64,000 nucleotides of DNA, from positions 4,992,001-5,056,000 of the forward strand of contig OZ252100.1 of assembly GCA_965248435.1 (NCBI GenBank), in the 5' to 3' direction. Origin of the DNA: Candidatus Latescibacterota bacterium. Its GTDB lineage: Bacteria > Latescibacterota > UBA2968 > GCA-2709665. The notes under the pieces were generated by a model. It was not told the DNA's origin. It saw only the letters and a list, made by a program, of their open reading frames with translations, and did no database searches. The translations under genes were made by a program, and so were the position numbers. Numbering within the stretch: position 1 is the first letter of the stretch; every line of letters begins with the position of its first letter. Below are positions 37,497 through 45,869 of the stretch, piece by piece.

Positions 37497-39413
37497 TCAC
37501 CACGTATTTATCCGATGCCCGTTCCCGTGAAACCAGATCGTGTCGACAACGACGCCGAGGCCGACGCCGGCCAGGAACCCGATGAACATGCCGAGGAAGA
37601 ACGGCGTGGCCTTCCGGTAGTACTCCGGGCCGCCGAGCTTGATCAGGACGGTCCGGATCAGCCAGACGAGGAAGAACGGACAGATGCTGCTCCGCATGGC
37701 CCCCGAGGCGGCGATCGTGAACCCGATCGGATGGATCGGGAAGGTGGGGAGCCGGGTGCGCAGGAAGAAGAGCAGCGCGGTGAACGCGCCGCCCAGCCCC
37801 AGAAACGTCACGCGGTCCCAGTCGGTCCCGAAGTTCTGCTGTAGGCGGCGGCCCGTGAGCGGCCAGATTCCGCCGATGCCGTCGTAGGCGCCCCCGCCGA
37901 AGTTGTAGCTCCCGATCGTGGTGTAACCCTGGTGCAGCGTGAACGTGATCACGACCGCCGCGCCGATCGACGCCCCCGCGAGGATGGCGGGGACGAGGGC
38001 GCGCCGGTAGCGGACCGCCATGGCGGTGCCCAGCCGGGGGATGTGGGCGAGCGCGGTGATGCCGAACGTCTTCGCGTCGCAGAAGAAGGCGTAGGTCAGC
38101 CCGCCCAGGGCGACCGCGCTCGCCGTGCCCAACCCGGTGGTCCCGAACAGGTGCCAGGTGAACGACTGCGCGGTGATCGGTCCGCGGAGATAGATCAGCC
38201 CGCTCTCGACGATGATGCGCGCCAGACCGAGGTAGAGGACGAGGGTGCCGAACCCGAAGGCGAGGAGCGGCCCGAGCGCCATCCCGGCCCGGTTCAGCCA
38301 GAGGCCGGCGTAGAGCACGCAGCCGAGGAACAGCCAGACCGCGGTCCGGTAGGAGAGGAGTTCGCCGGAATCGTCGATCTCGCCCCGCCTCGTGAACGCC
38401 TTCCGAAAGACCGCCCCGAGGTGCGCCCGCGCGACCCAGAGGCCCCAGCCAACGAAAACGATCATCCCGCCGAAGGACTGCCATCCGATCGCGGCGTCGA
38501 ACGAACACCACGGGTCCGGCCCACCGATGTCGAACCCGGTCCGGTTCTGGAAGCCCGCCTGCAGCATGGCCAGGAAGTGAAACAACCAGATGCTGACCAG
38601 GACCTCCGAATTGCAGAAGTAGGCGAAGGCCATGGTCATCGGGTGGATCTTGAGCACGAACCCGGGAAACCCCTTGAACGTCGGAATGCCCTCGCCTCGC
38701 AGGAAGAATCGGGGCAGGTCGGGGACGGAGACGAAGAACCAGGAGAGGATGATCCAGACGATCGCGCCCAGGACGGACCAGAAACCGGCCTGGAAGAGCC
38801 GGGATCGAAGCAGCGTCCGGAGCGTGCCCTGCGAGCCGGAGACGCCGGTGAGCGCCAGCAGGCCGGTCGCGATCGGAAAGGCGAGCCGCTCGTGATCCAT
38901 CCACTGCTTGCGGAGGATGATGGCGATGCAGACGTTCGCGAGCAAGATCGCGGCCAGGAAGCCGCTCCACCAGAAGAACGGGACGATCCAGGGCCGCCAC
39001 GGGAGGTCGGCCCCCTCGGGCAGACTCTCGTAGAACCCCACGATGGCCGGTTTGTCGGAGACGATCGTCCAGTCCGGGATGTGGGGGAGCAGGAACTCCT
39101 CCCACTGGCTCTCCGCGGTCGCGAAGTAGAGCGGGTGCGTGATGACGGGGAGGAAGTAATCGGAGAGCCACTCGCCCTGTATGTTGCCGGCGACCATCCC
39201 GATGCAGCAGACGGTGAGGAGCTCGGAGGGTGAAAGGCCGCGGCGACCGAGCAGCAGGTTGAGACCGAGCAGGCAGATGAACGGGACGAGAAAGGCGACG
39301 GAGATGTGCGCGAAGTCGGCGCGTGACGAACGGACGACCAGGTTGGCGTAGGGGATCCAGAGGTTGGCCAGGGCGGCGATGGCGAGGCCGAGGAGGAGGG
39401 AACGCTTCGTCAT
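37497..39413 (-). CDS. Polytopic membrane protein, DUF6785/DUF6784-like, paralogue of 29901-31841
   Basis: Collinear with the other copy (QGEWLSDY, DPWCSF..AIGWQSFGG, FFCDAKTFG, GNGH.INTW). Confidence 0.72.
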   Translation of the reverse strand: MTKRSLLLGLAIAALANLWIPYANLVVRSSRADFAHISVAFLVPFICLLGLNLLLGRRGLSPSELLTVCCIGMVAGNIQGEWLSDYFLPVITHPLYFATAESQWEEFLLPHIPDWTIVSDKPAIVGFYESLPEGADLPWRPWIVPFFWWSGFLAAILLANVCIAIILRKQWMDHERLAFPIATGLLALTGVSGSQGTLRTLLRSRLFQAGFWSVLGAIVWIILSWFFVSVPDLPRFFLRGEGIPTFKGFPGFVLKIHPMTMAFAYFCNSEVLVSIWLFHFLAMLQAGFQNRTGFDIGGPDPWCSFDAAIGWQSFGGMIVFVGWGLWVARAHLGAVFRKAFTRRGEIDDSGELLSYRTAVWLFLGCVLYAGLWLNRAGMALGPLLAFGFGTLVLYLGLARIIVESGLIYLRGPITAQSFTWHLFGTTGLGTASAVALGGLTYAFFCDAKTFGITALAHIPRLGTAMAVRYRRALVPAILAGASIGAAVVITFTLHQGYTTIGSYNFGGGAYDGIGGIWPLTGRRLQQNFGTDWDRVTFLGLGGAFTALLFFLRTRLPTFPIHPIGFTIAASGAMRSSICPFFLVWLIRTVLIKLGGPEYYRKATPFFLGMFIGFLAGVGLGVVVDTIWFHGNGHRINTW

Positions 39414-39418
39414 GAACC

Positions 39419-39565
39419 CGTATCTCGTATTTCGTATCTCGTATCTCGTGGGCCCGTCATCTCGCGTGTTTCTTGATCTCGCAGAATTCGTGTCCTATTT
39501 GCCATTCGACGAGATACGTTTCACGAGATACGCTCTTTCCGAGATACGCTTCACGAGATACGAGA
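39419..39565. repeat. TCGTATC/T heptamer short tandem repeats in both orientations; also ~27533-27548, ~31848-31874, ~45642-45668
   Basis: cgtatctcgtatttcgtatctcgtatctcgt and cgagatacg units. Confidence 0.8.
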
Positions 39566-39636
39566 TGCCGTAACAAAGTCCCCTCCTGGTTGCCCCGAAG
39601 GGGCGGGGTGGGTTAAATCACGAGCTTCACAAAAGC

Positions 39637-39872
39637 ATGCCTCCGGCAGCCAACTTTTCTTGCTCGCCCAAGAAAAGTTGGACAAAAGAAGGGCTCCCCT
39701 CAAGCGCCGGGGATGCTCGGGCCGCGGCACCTCACCCTCAGTGGAAAGGACGGTGGCGGCAATCAGGGCGGGACTCCTGCACCGTCTGACGCCCACTATG
39801 GGACCGGCCCAGAGGGCCCAACCCGCGGGAGGTGAAAGAACGAGGTTGCATTGGAGTCGCACACCGCGGCCC
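39637..39872 (+). repeat. Structured dispersed repeat, copy 9 (module A)
   Basis: Same termini; hairpin variant ccaac/gttgg. Confidence 0.9.
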
Positions 39873-39958
39873 TGATGGTTTCGAGCGATCTTTTTCGCGA
39901 GTTTAAGAGACGCCAGTTCCCGCAGGGGGGCGGGGTGGGTAATCTACAGAACGGCACC

Positions 39959-40942
39959 TCAACGCGACTGCGAGAAAAGCTTCAGATCGGCCTCGACCAT
40001 TTCGACGACGAGGTCCTTGAACGAGACGTCGTAGGACCAGCCCAGCTTTTCTTTGGCCTTGCTGGCGTCCCCGATCAGGAGCTCGACTTCAGCCGGCCGG
40101 AGGAATCGGGGATCCAGCTGGATGTGCTCCTCGTAGTCCAGCCCGACGTGCGAAAAGGCGATTTCGGCGAACTCCCTCACCGAATGAGTCTCACCGGTCG
40201 CGATCACGTAGTCATCCGGCTTGTCCTGCTGGAGCATGAGCCACATGGCCCTGACGTATTCCCTCGCGTGTCCCCAGTCTCGCTTGGAATCCAGGTTTCC
40301 CATGGTGACGTGGCCTGTCTGCTTGAGTTTGATCCTGGCCACGTGCGAGGTAATCTTTCGCGTGGAGAATTCGAAGCCCCGGCGAGGGGATTCGTGGTTG
40401 AAGAGGATGCCGCTCGAGGCGTGGAGGTCGTAGGCCTCGCGATAGTTTCGAGTGAGGTCGTAGCCGGCGACCTTGGAGATGCCGTAGGGCGAGCGGGGAT
40501 GGAACCGGGTGGTCTCCTTCTGGGGGACCTCCGCGACCTTGCCGAACATCTCGCTCGATCCCGCGAAGTAGAACCGGGTGTCCGGCTTGAGGTCGTGCAG
40601 CGCCGCGAGGACGTAGTGCGTCCCGTTGATGTTCGTATTCAAGGTCGAAAAGGCGTCCTGGAATGAGATTTCGACGAAGCTCTGCGCAGCGAGGTGGTAT
40701 AACTCATCGGGCTGGACGGTCTTGATGAGGTTGTAGATGCTCGGGTAGCTCTCCATCGAGGCGGGATGCAGCTGGAGCCGGTCCAGGATGTGCCGGATTC
40801 TGCCCATCCGGTGTTCCTGGTCTTCAAGGGCGATGCGACGCACGGTGCCGTGGACCTCGTAGCCCTTATCGAGCAGGAACTCTGCGAGATATGAGCCGTC
40901 CTGGCCCGTGATGCCGGTGATCAATGCGATGGGGTTTGCCAT
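39959..40942 (-). CDS. gmd: GDP-mannose 4,6-dehydratase
   Basis: ALITGITGQDGSYLAE, LAAQS, PRSPYG.SK, GILFNHESPRRG, RDWGHA, RPAEV. Confidence 0.95.
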   Translation of the reverse strand: MANPIALITGITGQDGSYLAEFLLDKGYEVHGTVRRIALEDQEHRMGRIRHILDRLQLHPASMESYPSIYNLIKTVQPDELYHLAAQSFVEISFQDAFSTLNTNINGTHYVLAALHDLKPDTRFYFAGSSEMFGKVAEVPQKETTRFHPRSPYGISKVAGYDLTRNYREAYDLHASSGILFNHESPRRGFEFSTRKITSHVARIKLKQTGHVTMGNLDSKRDWGHAREYVRAMWLMLQQDKPDDYVIATGETHSVREFAEIAFSHVGLDYEEHIQLDPRFLRPAEVELLIGDASKAKEKLGWSYDVSFKDLVVEMVEADLKLFSQSR

Positions 40943-41062
40943 GCCTATTTTCTGTTGTGATTCATTTTGAAAATCCCCCTCAATCCCCCTTTTCCAAAGG
41001 GGGAAGAATCTATTCCCGTATCAGTACACCTTCAGAAAGAACAACCTCCCCCCTTTCGTAAA

Positions 41063-42384
41063 GGTTCTTCGTCAAATGTTGGGGTAGAAAATAGACGAGA
41101 CAACGGCATCCGACCTATCTTCAGAGTATCCTCTATAAACCTGAAGGTAGAAAGGAGAGCGCGTTGTCTCAGGTGCAAAGTATATCCTTACTGGGTAGGT
41201 GGCAAGGGTTTGTGGTAGTTGGCATTCAACGTCAGGAAGCAGACGTTGTTGGAGTCGAGTTACGTCCCAAGACAGGCCGCCTTCCTCGGTGTGGTGGTTG
41301 CGGGAAGAAGGCGTACCGGGTTCATGATTGGGCAGTGCGATTTGCTCAGGATTTGCCGATCTGGGGGTCTCGAACCAGGCTGATCGTGCACTCCCGGCGC
41401 GTCCTATGTCCCCGATGTGGCTGCCGGACGGAGCAGATTGACTGGCTGGATCGGTATTCACGGGTCACTCAACGCCTGGCTGAAAGTGTTGTTCGATTGT
41501 GCGAAGTCCTGCCCATCCAGCACGTGGCACAGCACTATGGGATGAGCTGGAATACCGTGAAGCGCATTCACAAGACCCATCTCCAGCAAGAGCTGGAACC
41601 GCCGGATTTTGCCAGGGTCACGGTGATCGGCATGGACGAATTTGCGATCCAAAAGGGCCATCGCTACGCCACAGTGATTGTTGACATGGAGACCAAGCGT
41701 GTCCTATGGGTGGGTCGCGGCCGAAGTCGAGAGGACATCCGCCCGTTTTTCCACCTCCTTGGAGAAGAAGGCTGCAAGCAACTTGAGGCCGTGGCGATGG
41801 ACATGAACGGTGCCTACGAAGAGGAGGTGCGATCCCATTGTCCGGATGTGGACATCATCTATGACCTGTATCACGTTAAAGCCAAGTACAACCGCGACGT
41901 CGTCGAGCGAGTACGCATCGACGAACTGGGTCGGGTGCGCGGTGGCCGACCCGATCGCAAAGTGACTCAGAACCAACGGTGGTTGCTCCTGCGCAGCAAA
42001 GCAAATGTCACGAGCAAAGAAGACAGAGTGTCGCTAAGAGAATTGCTTTCTGCAAACAAACGCCTCTACACGGTATACCTCCTCAAAGAGGATCTCAATC
42101 ATCTCTGGTCTTATCGATCCAGAGCTGCGGCCAACAGATTCTGGAATCAGTGGTATCGACGCGCCATCTACAGCAAGATCGAGCCACTCAAGAAATTCGC
42201 ACGCAATCTGAAGACGTATATGCCAGGAATCCTAGCTCACTGTGACTATCCCATCGGGACAAGCCTGATTGAGGGAATTAACAACAAAATCAAGGTCATC
42301 AAGCGGATGGCATATGGCTTCAGGGATGATAATTATTTCTTTCTTAGAATCCGCCACGCCTTCCCCGGAAATCGGTGATGAACC
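41063..42384 (+). mobile_element. ISL3 family insertion sequence, copy 2 (1322 bp), inverted relative to copy 1; flanks do not form a matching duplication
   Basis: Same ends and same 404-aa protein; flanks TTCGTAAA (41055-41062) and TTGCTAAA (42385-42392). Confidence 0.93.
41164..42378 (+). CDS. ISL3 family transposase
   Basis: Translation identical to 35979-37193. Confidence 0.95.
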   Translation: MSQVQSISLLGRWQGFVVVGIQRQEADVVGVELRPKTGRLPRCGGCGKKAYRVHDWAVRFAQDLPIWGSRTRLIVHSRRVLCPRCGCRTEQIDWLDRYSRVTQRLAESVVRLCEVLPIQHVAQHYGMSWNTVKRIHKTHLQQELEPPDFARVTVIGMDEFAIQKGHRYATVIVDMETKRVLWVGRGRSREDIRPFFHLLGEEGCKQLEAVAMDMNGAYEEEVRSHCPDVDIIYDLYHVKAKYNRDVVERVRIDELGRVRGGRPDRKVTQNQRWLLLRSKANVTSKEDRVSLRELLSANKRLYTVYLLKEDLNHLWSYRSRAAANRFWNQWYRRAIYSKIEPLKKFARNLKTYMPGILAHCDYPIGTSLIEGINNKIKVIKRMAYGFRDDNYFFLRIRHAFPGNR

Positions 42385-42413
42385 TTGCTAAAGGGGGGCA
42401 GGGGGGATTTCCG

Positions 42414-43304
42414 CTAGCGAATCGCCTCGGGCCTGATTTCACCGAGCGGGACGTCGAGCAGGTCCTCCGCGAAGATGATGTTCCCGTCGAAGACCTCGCC
42501 CGCCTCGAACAGGACGCGCTCGCGAATCCCGGGCTGCTCGAGCTGCTCGGTCAAGTGGACCAGGATGAGGGTCTTGACCTTCGCGTCGCGGGCCGTGGCA
42601 GCGCAGTCCAGATGCCCCGAGCAGGCGGCCGTGATCCTCGGATCGGTCACGACGCCGTTCAGCAGGTGGCACATGTGGATCAGGACGTCGGCCCCCTCGG
42701 CGAGGTTCGTGAGTTTTTCGGTCGGCGCGGTGTCCCCTCCGAACACGATCGACTTGTCTGGCGTGTCCAGCCGGTAGGCCATGCAGATCAGGTGGGGCTG
42801 GGCGTGGGCGACTTCAGCGACCTTGACGGTCCAGTTCGGTTTTTCGATCTGGTCTCCGTGCGCAACCTCGGTCACCGACGGATCGGGACGTTTTCTGGGC
42901 AGCTTCCCGCCCCGCTGCTGGCAGACGAACTGGCCGCCCCGGCCGAGAGTTCTGGCCGCGAGATCGGGAGCGTAAACCCCCGATTCGCTGAACAGCTGCT
43001 CGGTCATGCGGGCCGTCGGCTCAGGGCCGTAGACTTCCAGATCGGGGATCGTGCCGGCGCCCTGGTCCCAGCGCACGAGCGTGAAGTAGCCGTAGTCGAC
43101 GCAGTGGTCGTAGTGCAGATGGGTGAGGAGCAGCGTGTTGATCGTCGTCGGAGAAACGCCCTTCTTGAGGAGGCGCCGGACCGCGCCCGGACCGCAGTCG
43201 ACCAGGATGCTTTCATCGTCGAGTTTAACCAGATAGCTCGATCCGGCGCGGTGGACGAGCGGGGTGGGGGTGCCGGTTCCGAGCAGGGTTAACTCAGTGG
43301 CCAT
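42414..43304 (-). CDS. MBL-fold metallohydrolase (RNase Z / arylsulfatase-like)
   Basis: LLGTGTP, VDCG, THLHYDH, GGDT, ADVLIH, LILVH. Confidence 0.85.
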   Translation of the reverse strand: MATELTLLGTGTPTPLVHRAGSSYLVKLDDESILVDCGPGAVRRLLKKGVSPTTINTLLLTHLHYDHCVDYGYFTLVRWDQGAGTIPDLEVYGPEPTARMTEQLFSESGVYAPDLAARTLGRGGQFVCQQRGGKLPRKRPDPSVTEVAHGDQIEKPNWTVKVAEVAHAQPHLICMAYRLDTPDKSIVFGGDTAPTEKLTNLAEGADVLIHMCHLLNGVVTDPRITAACSGHLDCAATARDAKVKTLILVHLTEQLEQPGIRERVLFEAGEVFDGNIIFAEDLLDVPLGEIRPEAIR

Positions 43305-43610
43305 TGAAGCTCCTTACAAAAGATGAATGTCGAACCGCAGAATATCGAATGATGAAGGAAAGGCTCGTAAACAGGCGAATCTGTCATCCCGAGGAGCCTT
43401 CAAGTCATTGCATTGATCCGAAAGACTTAGAGCAACCGGCGACGAGGGATCTCAAGAGCTTGTTACTCAGTGAATCTTCTCGTGATGTCACAGCTGCTGC
43501 ATTGCCTGCTGAGATTCCTCGCTGACGCTCGGAATGACAAAATGGAGCGCTGGGTGATCTGCATTTCATTCCCCAATCCCAAATCCGCAATCCGCAATTA
43601 GATGACTTTC

Positions 43611-44582
43611 TTATCTGTCGACGCCTTTTTCCCAGTGCCTGATCAATGGCTTCAGCTGCTCCCAGAACGCCTCCGGGATTTCGACTTCGCCTGCACGGAC
43701 ATTCTCGATCGCCTCTTCCGGCGTCCTGGCGCCGGGGATCGTGGTGGCGACCTGCGGATGCCGTGTGCACCACTGAAGGGCGGCGGCCACCATCGGAATG
43801 CCGTGGTCCTGGCAGAGGCGCTGGATCTGCGTCACCTGCTCCAGGCAGGGCGGGCTGAAGTTTCGGTCCAAGTATTCGGTGCCCGAGGAGGGACCGGTGG
43901 CGAGGAGGCCGCGTTCCAGGGGCGTGGCCGTGACGATGCCGATGTCGTGTTTCTCCGCGGCGGGCAGGACACGGCGGGCGGCGAACTGATCCAGCATGCT
44001 CCACGAGTCGGCCGATACGGCGGCGTCGAACTCGCCGGTTTCGAGGTAATCGGCATTGGTCTCGGGGTCGTTCGAGGCGGAACCGATGAACCGGACGACC
44101 CCTTCGTCCTGAAGCTTCCTGAGCGCAGCGAAGGCGCAGAATTTGCCCAGCATCATGTCCATCGAGAAGCCCATCGCGTCGTGGATGTAAAGGATCTCGA
44201 ATTTCTCGATCCCGAGCCGCTCCTGGCTCTGTTCCACGTCACGTAAAATTGCGTCGTAGGTAAAATCGCGCGCCATGTTGTGGCTCTGCCCGACTTTGGT
44301 CGTCACGGTCACGCCCGCGGCCAGGTCGGGACGCGCCTTGAGCGCCCGGCCGACGATCTCTTCGCTGCGGCCGGCGCCGTAGAACCGCGCGGTGTCGATG
44401 AAGCTGCAGCCCGCCTCGATGGCGGCGTGCACCGCCTTCACCCCGAGCTCGATATCCACCTGACCGGGCTGACCCCCGTACTCGAGCGCGACCAGATTGT
44501 GGTCCGGAATGCCGACATGCGCGGCGCCCATGCCCACGATCGGGACTTCCAGTCCGGTACGGCCCAGGATCTTGGTTTTCAT
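43611..44582 (-). CDS. Aldo/keto reductase
   Basis: Start MKTKILGRTGLEV; IDTARFYG..SEE, TTKVG, IHD, AALQW, IPGART. Confidence 0.88.
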   Translation of the reverse strand: MKTKILGRTGLEVPIVGMGAAHVGIPDHNLVALEYGGQPGQVDIELGVKAVHAAIEAGCSFIDTARFYGAGRSEEIVGRALKARPDLAAGVTVTTKVGQSHNMARDFTYDAILRDVEQSQERLGIEKFEILYIHDAMGFSMDMMLGKFCAFAALRKLQDEGVVRFIGSASNDPETNADYLETGEFDAAVSADSWSMLDQFAARRVLPAAEKHDIGIVTATPLERGLLATGPSSGTEYLDRNFSPPCLEQVTQIQRLCQDHGIPMVAAALQWCTRHPQVATTIPGARTPEEAIENVRAGEVEIPEAFWEQLKPLIRHWEKGVDR

Positions 44583-44703
44583 CTCGATCCCCTTGCTCCT
44601 TGCGCGGTTTTGACGGGGTAAGATAGCACCAGCATTGGGGTGACGCAAGGCCTCAACCGCGGGCGATTGTCCCCACGGGGATGTCTCTGCGGGATACCTC
44701 ACC

Positions 44704-44730
44704 GTAGGGGCAGGCCCCTGTGCCTGCCCG
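44704..44730 (+). repeat. GTAG-type REP (gtaggggcaggcccctgtgcctgcccg)
   Basis: GTAG plus hairpin gggcaggc/gcctgccc. Confidence 0.7.
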
Positions 44731-44817
44731 CATTTCAACGTATTCATTACGCGGACGGGCAACCACGTGTCCCACAGGACACGACCTGAGACGATCCACG
44801 AACGACTGCCTTAACCC

Positions 44818-44988
44818 ATGCCTCCGGCGGCCCGCCCGTCGGCTCGGCGTCTTCGATCACGAACTCGCCATTGATCATCACGAAGTCGATGCCGACGGCT
44901 TCTGAACGTTGCTACCGGTATCCTACTCTCTTGCTCGCCCAAGAAAAGTTGGACAAGAGAAGGGCGCCCTTCAGGCGCCGGGGAGGCT
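44818..44988 (+). repeat. Structured dispersed repeat, copy 10 (5' part only) with the same captured D-aminoacylase fragment (~44832-44921)
   Basis: Insert matches 29441-29532 at the same position in the element. Confidence 0.85.
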
Positions 44989-45221
44989 GACTTTTCCGCG
45001 AACCGTCCCAGTGGCCCTAGAGATGTTTGTGTCCTTGGATCTTTTGTGTTGTCCATAAACGGGAGTGCTTGACGGATAAGCGCGGAAAAGTCCCACCCCA
45101 CCCCACGGGCATCGTGAATGAAATTATATGCGGTAGGAGCCAGCTCCTGCTGGCGAACCTCTGAATGGAGCTTTCATATTCAAGAGGCATATCAAACGAG
45201 GATCACAAGGTTCACAAAACA

Positions 45222-45576
45222 ATGCCTCCGGCTGCCCACTTTTCTTGCTCGCCCAAGAAAAGTGGGTCAAAAGAAAGGCGCCGCTCAGGCGCCGCGGGGG
45301 CTCCGGCCGCGGCGCCTCACCCGCAGTGGCATAAACAGTCCACGGCAGGAAGGCCAAATCCTCACCACGTGCTCGCGATCACTGAGGAACCAACCCGCCG
45401 GGGAGGAGAAATGGGCTGGTTGCATCGGAGTCGCACACCGCGGCCCCCAACGGTTTTGAGCAATGACATTGCTTTCGTTCAAACACACGCATTAATGAAA
45501 CTCTTCCCCCTTTGGAAAAGGGGGACTGAGGGGGATTTCAAGATGCATCACGAAAGGGAGTCGCACACCGCGGCCC
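45222..45576 (+). repeat. Structured dispersed repeat, copy 11 (module B, 45222-45446) plus 3' extension
   Basis: Matches copy 3 including the extension. Confidence 0.9.
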
Positions 45577-45869
45577 CGATGGGTTTCAGTGAGCCTTTTC
45601 GCGGTGAACACGTCGCATAGTGAATTGGGAAGGTGCCTCTGACGAGATACGAGATACGAGATACGATACCAAGGTACCCGGTACCCGAACCCCGGTACCC
45701 GGTTTTTCCCGAACGACGATCCTGTCGTGTCCCACAGGACACAACCTGAGACGATCGACGAACGACGGCTTTTTGGGGGTTGACAATTTCGCCGGTTTCT
45801 GCTTAAGTTTGTGAATAATTAAGACCTACGTGCACGCAGCTGGGGGTATTGGTGCTGAAGAATCTAATC

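Noticed and set aside
35973-42384. Past inversion of the segment between the two ISL3 copies
   Set aside because: Copy 1 retains its own matching 8-bp duplication, which an inversion would have swapped.
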